NCBI RefSeq assembly: GCF_001949145.1 | Contig: NW_019091359.1 | Coordinates: forward strand, 3,138,861-3,201,109 | Reading direction: 5' to 3' | DNA: 62,249 nt | Source: Acanthaster planci | Lineage: Eukaryota | Part shown: piece after piece, positions 14,001-23,631 of the stretch | How the letters are laid out: the number at the start of each line of letters is the position of its first letter | Position numbering within the stretch: the stretch's first letter is position 1 | Notes under the pieces: model-generated | What the model was told of the DNA's origin: nothing | What the model saw: only the letters and a program-made list of their open reading frames with translations | Databases searched by the model: none | Translations under genes and position numbers: made by a program

Positions 14001-15477
14001 GTGTAACATCATTATCAGTACATGCCTGGCATTCATGTAAATATCAAAATGTAATAAATATTACTGAAAAGTGAGGCTTTGTAGACACTGTGCGGGCGAT
14101 TTAGTTGTGGTGTGCACTTATCAAAATAGGTCAATTTATGGTGAGACTGACGATATATTACTTATTTCCTGTTACGGTTCATACACAAAGAAGAAACAAA
14201 GACTGACAAGAGACAGAAGTAGTTCTTTTTAGATCGTTTTATGGAGAAGCTAATGAGATCAATTTGGGCCCCAAAGCCTCATCTTAAGTGTGGAGGTCAT
14301 AGGCTTAGTAAAACCTAACCTTAGGTCTCTGTGATTTACAAATATGTGGACATACGTCGTCATTACACAACTGTATCTCAAGAAGTTAATTCAAGACACA
14401 ACTTGAGTTTGTCATTTGCATGTAAATCACTGATCATCAGAGTCACATTCTAAAAGATATATCTCATATTTCTCAGCAGGTGCAACAGTCAGATTAATCC
14501 GGTTTGACGAAGATCAACGAGAATTCTCAACTGTGCAAACTCTTCACATCAAGGATGTGTACAGCTCAAATATAGTCCAGCATAGGGGTCAGATTCTTCT
14601 GATGGTTTCTGTATTCAGTGGGCAAGAGTGTGGCCGATGTCAGAATGCAAAACGCAAACCCAGACGCAAAAGTCGGGTTTACATATGGAACCACTCGACG
14701 GAAAGGTTTGACCAGAGAGCAATTCAGCGTCTTCCAGCGGCCAGGCGCATACATTGGTTTCTGGATAAATACAACAATGTTAAGACTGTCATTCTCGTCA
14801 TCGGACACTGTAACTGTCCCACACAGTTATTTTTCTGGGACAGAAGTACAAACCAGTTTCATCAACTTGAGTTTCATCAAACCGATATGCATGCAGCCAT
14901 GAAAGGTGATTACGACATAACTGTGCAGTCTGTCCGACAGGCAAGAACACAACACATTCTACTGGGCACATTAGCAAAGCAACAGCAGTTTAGAATCTGG
15001 GTCTACAGATGGTTGCCGAACCAGGGACTGGTTTACCACACAAATGTAACAGTCCCTGTATTTCTTAGTGAGCATGAAGGTTTGAGTGTTCTTCAACACA
15101 AAGGCCAGGTCTTCATGTGCAGCAAATCCACACTAAAAATGCTAGAGGGCCAGGTGGAATTTTACAAGCTGCTCTTGGATAACTCTGTTTCCCAAAGTAA
15201 GGCTGTTCAAACAGAAGGGGAAACAGGAGAAGGACCATCTTTCTGTGAGCTCTTTGTCCATCCAGAGAACCAGGAACTCTATGCAGCTGTTGGCTACGGA
15301 CGTGATGGCACAAAACTCTTCAGATACAACCTGTTGAAAGACAGGTTTATAAATGCCGGCAAGCTGTCTGAGGACATATGGGTGAGGGACGTGGTACATT
15401 TCCAAAGAGGTGATGACATCTTTGCTGTCTTGAGTTGTGCAACAGAGCACAAGTGCACAGTCTATGGCATTGAGTAA
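11084..15477 (+). CDS. Secreted EAR/EPTP-repeat (TSPEAR/LGI-like) seven-bladed beta-propeller protein, about 451 aa. Predicted exons 11084-11218, 12116-12206, 12727-12858, 14480-15477
   Basis: The long terminal exon ORF shows EAR-like repeats ending in 'SRVYIWN..ERF', 'TQLFFWD..NQF', 'IWVYRW', 'VEFYKL', 'TKLFRYN..DRF' and 'CTVYGIE'. Blade 1 spans exons 3-4 (SLKEFTVNDMQYLLITD..ATVRLIRFDEDQREFSTVQTL). All introns are GT-AG with compatible phases (0,1,1). Exon 1 encodes a hydrophobic signal-like stretch, VVFILLTIFMHEHVLA. The terminal exon is well supported; the small upstream exons less so. Confidence 0.7.
12828..13318 (+). repeat. 45-bp minisatellite, 11 copies (copy 6 lacks 4 nt); each copy contains the exon-3 end plus its GT donor
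   Basis: Consensus cttataacagacagagggaaaaggggacaag|gtaaagtgtcctca. Total length 491 = 11x45-4. Units start at 12828, 12873, 12918, 12963, 13008, 13053, 13094, 13139, 13184, 13229 and 13274. Confidence 0.97.
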
Positions 15478-18400
15478 ATCATCAATATTCATTCCAGGCG
15501 ATATGGTCAAATCAGACAGCTCCTGGGATGTTTCCAAAGGAATATTACATGTAGCCAGTCTTGAGTCAAAGATAGAGAGTTAGTCCAACTCCGTCCAGTT
15601 GAAATTCTTGCTTTTGATCGTGAAACTTTGAAAAGCTAAGAAAACTGATGAGATTGGAAATTATTAAAATATTTCTGTATTATAGATATTTCCCTCATGA
15701 AGAATGCTGGGACAGATTTTGGAGATTCCTTGTACAAAATGTAAATGTACTAAAGCTTTATATTTTACTCAGAAAAAGGCCTTTTATTTTAGATGTCAGC
15801 ATTGCAGTTCAATTTTATATAGTATTTCATTTCTAAATGTGTTTAAAGTATTTGATATAAATTTTTGTAATATGATACTGACAAACATGGTAGATGCATT
15901 ATATATGCATAATATAATCATTTATGTAAAGACCTCACAAACAGCCCATTCCTATTGGTCGAGAGCCCATAGCATAGACTGTTTTTAACATAACAGATGA
16001 CACAACAAATCAACTGATTTTGAATTCCTTTACATGTGAAATTTGGACTGCCATTTTCATGGGTTCTAATCCTTATCATGACAATGACTGACCTACGTAT
16101 AATGATCGTCATATAGTCAATACAACTGCTTAGTCTGCACGTTTACAGAGTTTACATCTCATTCTGCATTGTTACCATGACATCTAGTGAAACGTCATGC
16201 AGTATGGACTATGTGAAATCTTGCTAGCCACGTACCACAGATGTGGCTTGTGGACGTTTCATGAAACTTGAGGCAAAATGGATGAATAAAAGTCATAGCA
16301 CATTGATTTCATCCTGGATTTGCTGTTGTCCACAATCAAAAGGTGTTTATGGATGGGAATAAAAGTGTGATGAAGCAGTTAAATGAATCGGGAGAACTAT
16401 CAAGAGACTTCCATCATATTTATTCCCTGATTTAAATTTGTGCATTTTTGAACAATTTGTTTTGGATCAAAGTGATCAAATATATTGAACAAACTGTTCA
16501 AACATTGTTTGTCAATGGCTGAACAAAGCTAGAACTCTGCATGGATGTGATTAGTGTAGCTTTTTATTAGTGTTTGATTCTTCATTAATGACTATATGCC
16601 ATCAACTTGAAATGGACTTGAATGATTATAAGTTACAGTGCAGAAACCAAGACTGATTTTTTAAAACAGGATTTGGTAGAATCTTATTCCCAACATTCTG
16701 ATAGATTGTACAAAATATAAAGGGTTTGAAAACGGCACAGCACAATCCAATCTTGAGAGATAAATTAGTGCTTACCTTGTTACTGCTATGTGTAAGACAA
16801 CAGATTTATCTCATAACTTCCATCAACCTAAACGACAGTAAAATTCAAGTTAGATATTTCTTGAAGCAAGGAAGTATTCTGTGTAGTCTGAAAAAAATTG
16901 TTGATGAGATAGTTTTCACAATGTTTTAAAACGTTCCTCCAAAATAACATTCTATTAACGTTTCCTTCAGATGGCAAGGACTAAATGCTTTGCTTTGAAG
17001 CTTGAAAATGATGTCAAATCTAGAGGTACATATACCCGGTAGTTTTTGAACGGAGGGGTGTAGGTCATTGATTATTCTCCTCTCCCCGCCAAAACGCACC
17101 TTCTCTTGGAGAAAAAAACCCTAAGGTTATTTTCAACATTTCCAACCTCCAATTAGAAATACACACCATAGTGATGTAAGGTTAGAGCAGGATACAACGT
17201 GATGTATGACAAACGTAAGATGCACAGATTGCCAGTTTTGCACATAAAAACCAGTAGCAGCAAAGCAGTGGATGACAGTGTGTGATCAGTGGGCATTATG
17301 CCCTTACACTGCCTGTACTTCTTTACACGTAGTCTCATAATATATATAACATATATAATACGTGAACTTTTCTGTTCTTTGGCCTCGCCACCTTTTTGTT
17401 TCAGATGCTTCAAATCCATTGTTTTGAATCTACATGGGCCAGATTAAGCATATGGACGATTTTTTTTCACAATTGGAAAAATTGGGTCATATATGGCTAG
17501 AATTCTTCAACTGTGCGAAAATTCCCAACACCAAGAGGTGAAATTTCCCTTTGTTGTGTTTTGTTGGACACAAAAAACATGTACTTTGGAATACAATTTG
17601 CCAGTCCATGCATACAAGTGTGCAGTACGTACATGTATATACCTGCATGTGTCTTAAGGAGCTTCCCCTTATGTCATGTGATATTGGTATTCTGTCCATG
17701 GGCTATACATGTACGTGTACAACTAAACAATCTTATGGTAAGCATTTCACAGGATGCTGCATAAGGGCATTCTCAATGACTTTCCCAAATGTGTTATCTC
17801 TGTTATTTGAGGATGCAATGCAGATGAAAATATCATGATTTTGTGCACATTCAATTAAAAATTGGTCTTGTACCCTGTGAACTACTCATACCCTTTGCTT
17901 GTCTTAGATGAGTATGAATTGAGTCTGGTATGATGATTCTGTACCTTACACAATTCTGTGCTTACAGCACTTGCACAATATATGTCATAGCCCTATAAAT
18001 GACTTGAAGTCCCTTGCTAACCCATGAAATAAATGCTAAGCATGAGAACTAAATTATTTCAAGATTAATCATTCTTGGTGAACAAAGTCATGGTGTGGGA
18101 ATGGCGTATTTGTGAGACATGTGCTGTTACTTGGCACTTGCAAGTAGTCAACAAAGTGGTCAACAAAGTACTCTACTCACATCGTATCTACCCAGTGATA
18201 CTTGTGTTTGGTTGGCTCGCATAGTCTCCGTCAAAGCCCACAGATGTTGCAAGCCAGCTGTGATCTTGTCCACAGGAGGTGTACTCTTTATAACAGGAAA
18301 TGTAATTGAAAACATAAGTTTTCTGCACTGTCTTGCCATTTTTCAAAGAAAAGTGCTTATCAAAAATGTGTGGCAAAGACATTTAGGAGGAATACTACAT

Positions 18401-19235
18401 GGGGTTATGTAAAGGGAACTGCAGCAAAGATATTGTGGTCAACCCTTTATCATTGCTAATAACCTGTGACTAGTGGACATAACCAAGGACACATTACATG
18501 ATTTGTGACTGACACAGGGAAATTAAGGGGGGTTGCATCCTACCAGCTCACCTCTGAGTGTTTCTTGGATGTCTGTCTTGGGTTGGAGTCAGTTAGATGT
18601 TGATTCTCAAGCAACCAGGTTGTGACAGAGGTTAACCTCTCAGGCTTGAGTTTTAAAAGTAAAAAAAAAAATATTAATATTATTCATAATATACCTTTCC
18701 TAATATGTCGGAGTACACTTTCAATTAATTGCATTCCGTGAAGGATTTTGATAACCATTTGTTTGAATTCAATGCCTTTAACCCCTTCGCACCAGAACCT
18801 TCGACAGCCACAGCTTTGTGTGAGGATTAGTGCATACCACACATACAGTCTAGTCACCATGCAGCTGCTGTTTGAATGGGGTCTGCTGTTGGACAGAGCT
18901 TTGCATTCTGGGCATACCGCAGCCCAGCAGTTGCGGTCAAAAGAATCCCAAAAGGGGTGCAAAGGGTTCAGGAGTTTCAATCACTCATTACTTTGATCTC
19001 TTAACCTCGTATAATTTTTTTAGATTATTCCAGATTTTTTGACTTTTCAAAAAGCAATATACAGAAGCCAGTGTTTGACACATCGGCACAGCCAAATGGC
19101 ACTAAAACTAATTCGCAAGATAGAGCCACTAGAAAAGTACCTAGGCTGCAACTTCATATTTTTCCGCACACCCTGGCACACTAAGAGCAATATGTGTTAC
19201 CACAACAGGCAATGCACAGCGGCCACATTCAAGTA

Positions 19236-19283
19236 CAACACATGGGTCAACACATGGGTCAACACATGGGTCAACACATGGGT
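19236..19283. repeat. 12-bp tandem repeat (caacacatgggt) x4
   Basis: Four perfect adjacent copies. Confidence 0.9.
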
Positions 19284-22009
19284 CCACATCCACCAAATTT
19301 TGCTCATTGAAACCTACTGAATAAATGATATATGGAAGAAGCATGCAGTCAGGTGAAAAACTGAAAATGACAGCTGCATTCTGGAATGACTTTACAGGCT
19401 ACGAAAGTAAAATGAATAGTTAATTGCTACTTTGTCCAGGAGGCTGTGGGGAACAGGCAAAATGTTGGTTTACATACTGACCTTTATCTCTGGTGGAAAG
19501 ATAGCCACTTCCTCAATGCCAAAATGAGCCCAGACAGGGGAGGGCTGCTGTAAAACAAGACGCACTGCAATTACTTCAGTCGGTTCAAACAGCATCTGAG
19601 GCATGGACGAAGAACATAAAGAAGCATCAGAAAGACCCATCCACTCCAACTAATATTTTTGAAAATAAATATTCCTAAATACTCAAACCCTACCACTCTG
19701 CGGGGACCCTATGGTGCATTTTTTACATATTAAATATCAAGTGGCAGAGACTCCATTATAGAAAAGTAGTGTCTATTGAAACAGGAGTTGTTAGCCAAGT
19801 TTCAAGTTCTTTGGATGATGGTATTGCCAATCTAATGTATACGAGGTTTTGGATGTCATGAAATGTGAGAAAGGTATTGCAGTGCTTCATTGATAAATAC
19901 ACCATTCCTCATGCCCAAGGCACCAGGTTGGCCCCTAATGCCAGTCATCGTTTTTTTCTTTTTTCATTTTTTGGGGGGTGGGAGGTTTTTTCCTCTTTAT
20001 TTTTGCAATCAAACCCGGTGTTTATTTTCCATTGATTTTTTTTTTCATTTTCTGGTAGAGGCATACCCCTGAAGAATTTTTAGGGAAAATCCTGAGGTCC
20101 ACCCATTACAGGCTGGTCTGGTTCCTGTCTCCAATGCTGCAGATTGTTGCAACACAGGTACATGTAGAATGCAATCAATCAGTCTAGAATGCTGCAACTA
20201 TTGCCATGACCCCAAAATGGCTAGGTTTTATCTTCCCAAATATTGCACAATCCACCCAAAATATCCAAGGAATTTGGTGTTATTTGAACTAATGAGATTG
20301 GGGTTCAGCGATAGGCTTCACGAAGCTTAGAGCAGATGACACTGTGTAGGCTACATAAAAGTACCACTAAGCCACTGCCATTTGAGTTCAAGGTACATGT
20401 GCAAGTTGGCAAATGGCCAAACTGATGGGTAGATGTTGCATGTGCATAAATCGCTAAATGACCTTAGACCTTTGGACACTGAACTTGTTCATCACATCCC
20501 CGGCTCAAACTGGTTGGCTGACACAAATCGAAGTAAACATGCCCAGTTTTCAACTGAATGGGTACAAATCTACCAAGGCATCTTCAAAGTTGAGATTCTC
20601 AGGGCAGTTCATAAAAGAAATGAGGCAAAACTGTAAGGCTGCAGTATTTGCATTACATGAAGTTGTGGAAAGTCTGTCTCATTCGAAAGTCAATTAACGG
20701 TGTACAAAACTGCAATTAATGAAGGGAAAACCTCGCACTACTTCAACCAGATTTTCTTCTACTGCACAAGCCATACCTCTGATTTTGAGACGGTAAAATA
20801 AGCTTGACTTGCTGTTTCAGTGTGTGGGTCGGGCATAAGACGAAGCTGCCTCACACAGTCCCTCCATCGTGTTTCTTCTGAAATGTATAATATTCGAAGG
20901 ATTTCAGTGTTTATCCTACAAGATGTAGGTCATTTGTACCTTTGCTTATGTACACAAACTTACACAGATCATTATATTGTACACTGAAGTCAGAGAAGGA
21001 TGCCAAAGGTTTGCAAGGGTGGATTTGAAGAGACCATCTCTTTAATTCACAGAAATGTGCTGGGGAAAAAAATTGTTATGCTTCTGGTTAATCTACATGT
21101 ACCCTGTTCTGACAACGGGACCTTACATTTTAGGGGAGATTTGAAAAAATGTGAAATTAGGAGATATAGAGATGTCAAAACTGGGGTGGCAAATTCTAAA
21201 GCTTGACACACATGTGCTTTTGGCAAATCACGACACCCTGTTGGTCAAAGAAGCATTTAAAGCACAACATAACACCTATTCGAGTTATCTGTGACACCGC
21301 AGTAATGGCTTATAATTCAGGTTGTCAAACTTGGAGGGCTGAACTACATGGCACTTGTTTTTCTTAGGGGGGACTTAACATTGCCCTCAGACAGACAGAA
21401 ATCTTGCTCTACCTTTCTCATCTTGTGGCTTACACTTGACTTTAACAGTGATGAAAGCTGTGTAGTTGTTTTTAAATGTGATATTCCCAAGCTGAAAAGA
21501 AAAAGTCAGATATCATTTGGAAGTCACCCTCTTTTGTTCATGAACATTCAAGTTTTGTTAAGATCCATTCAGTTTTGTGAATAGGATAGGAAAAATGACC
21601 TCCTTCGGAGTACATCCCTGACGCTGTTAACATCACTATCTTCTGTTGGAGGGATGCCAATGATAAAAGAACAAACAAATGCTGGCATTTGATTTGTGGT
21701 GGGAGGGCATTGGGAGCACCTCCCACACACACACACACAAAAACACCAGCTCAATGTAAAGCCCAAGCTATAGTAAATCCACTCAAAATTCAAATTTCAA
21801 GCAAGGATTATGCTGACTTAACACTTGAAAACGGTATGCAGAAATGAAAATGACGTCTACTTAAGCCGCAAATTTCATTGAGAACATCAACTTCACAGTC
21901 ATTTTTCTATGGAGAAAATAGGACAAAATTTTGAAAATGCATCCACAGTGGTTTTTCAACAAGCAGGTGGCGGGGAGTGTAAAACATGGCTCAAATCCCA
22001 GAGACAATA

Positions 22010-22176
22010 AGGACGATTCACAATAGTGTGCCTCCAAGAGTTTGCAACACGTTGGCCAATCACGATGCGCAAAATCTGTCCACGCAATGCACGTTTGGAA
22101 AGGGTCGACAAATTTTGTGCCTTGTGATTGGCTAATGCATTGCAAACTCTTGGAGGCGCACTTTTGTGAATCCCCT
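22010..22176. mobile_element. About 165-bp near-fully palindromic MITE-like element
   Basis: gattcacaatagtgtgcctccaagagtttgcaacacgttggccaatcac pairs with gtgattggctaatgcattgcaaactcttggaggcgcacttttgtgaatc. The inner gcgcaaaatctgtc and gacaaattttgtgc also pair. Confidence 0.7.
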
Positions 22177-23409
22177 GTGTTAGCCAAGCAAATTTGCTTC
22201 AAGTTCAATGACATCCTCACGGTCGGAGGTTGTTCCATTTACTGCACTCACGCGAAGGGCAAAGAGGCGACTCTCCGTTCACTATGTACAGGGATTTGCA
22301 TGTTTTTCTTCCTTTTTTGCTGCAACATGATAAGAACGACTGAAACCTTTTCAGTACAGTGTGGGAGATATTCACAGTGGATGAACAGTGAATATTCAGG
22401 CACATTTTGATGTAAAAGTTAAGAGTTTAATCAATAATTCAGATTTTCCCCAAAGACAGCAACGCTATTTTTGCCTCTTTGAGTTTCGAGTGTGAAATAT
22501 GGAATAGCCACCAACTGACTGATCAGAAAGAATAATCAAGACTCAGTAACATCATCCCGACTATACGAGAATTGAGAACATTTTCATTCTAGCAGTCGGC
22601 GTGATGTCACTCTGGATTTCAACACACTGCAAAGGGGCAAATTTATCTTCAATAGTGTAATAAAGTTCTTGAATGTCTGACCACAAGAATGATTGTTTCG
22701 ATAGTCAATACGCACTGTCATCATGGTCAATGGCACTGCCAAAGTGCAATTTGACGTAAAGCCTACACAATTACTGAAAAAAAGAATAAACACTCATTAA
22801 GGCATGTAAGGGATGTAATCCCTGTTCTTTTTAAGATTTTTGGTGGCTAGTCATCCAAGTCATGTCCTGAAGGCCTGAGCAACGACCGACAGTAGAGGGC
22901 GCTTTCACGAAAACAGTATCGTACGCCATTCTTACGTCAAAAGTTTGGACACTTTGAAGTGCAATATCGACAACTGCAACCCCACTGCTGAAATTGTCTT
23001 TCTGGTCGCTGACTCTTATTTCTAGAGGCTTTTTAACCACACAGTTTATTCCAGCTATTTTTCCGTTCATGACTGCAAAAAGCCTTCCAAGCTAATGGAG
23101 GAAAAAGGCAGCACAACGATCCATCACAGTGGCAGTGTAGAGATGATGAACAGCCTTGTCACGTCAAAGTGGCCGCCACTCATGCGCGCGCGCATGTGTG
23201 CATGGCTAGCTAGCTAGGCAAGGCAAGGGAGAAAAAAAGCTCGGTTTCTCTTATAAAATTAAGTCAATTCTTTATATATAATTTTTTTATACAATATTTA
23301 ATAAGTCAAGTAATGCACTGAGTGATATTAGAATTTAAGTATACGTTTATTTAATTTCTAATAACAGTATTGTTGAACGAGCTTAGAAGCCATGGTGATA
23401 AGAAACATT

Positions 23410-23423
23410 GGTTCCATAGCAAC
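23410..23423. promoter_or_regulatory. RFX X-box upstream of the ciliary gene PIERCE1
   Basis: ggttccatagcaac closely matches the X-box consensus GTYNCYATRGNAAC (one mismatch). It lies about 210 bp upstream of the ATG of a motile-cilia gene, in a CpG-rich patch. Confidence 0.6.
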
Positions 23424-23631
23424 AACAGCTATTGCCAAATAAAGGTCAACTGTTTGTCGAGTCGCGTCGGAGACTTCCGGAAACTGACGACTAAACAACG
23501 GACACACGGACCGTACCCGGCCCTTAGCTTCACACGCAAAATACAGCAGCGCAGCATCAGCACGAACGGCAGAGCAAGATTTTGTGTTTATTCGCCACAT
23601 CGTACCAGTGAACCGGACTTTCCAATAAATA

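Noticed and set aside
13921..14040. Intronic peptide HLVITDNKEGKQG echoing exon-3 YLLITDRGKKGQG (possible duplicated exon)
   Set aside because: The match is short, the nearest acceptor gives the wrong phase, and there is no good donor. Probably chance.
15478..22000. Many 60-100 aa ORFs between the EAR gene and PIERCE1
   Set aside because: No recognisable motifs or coherent splice chain; consistent with random ORFs and decayed repeats.
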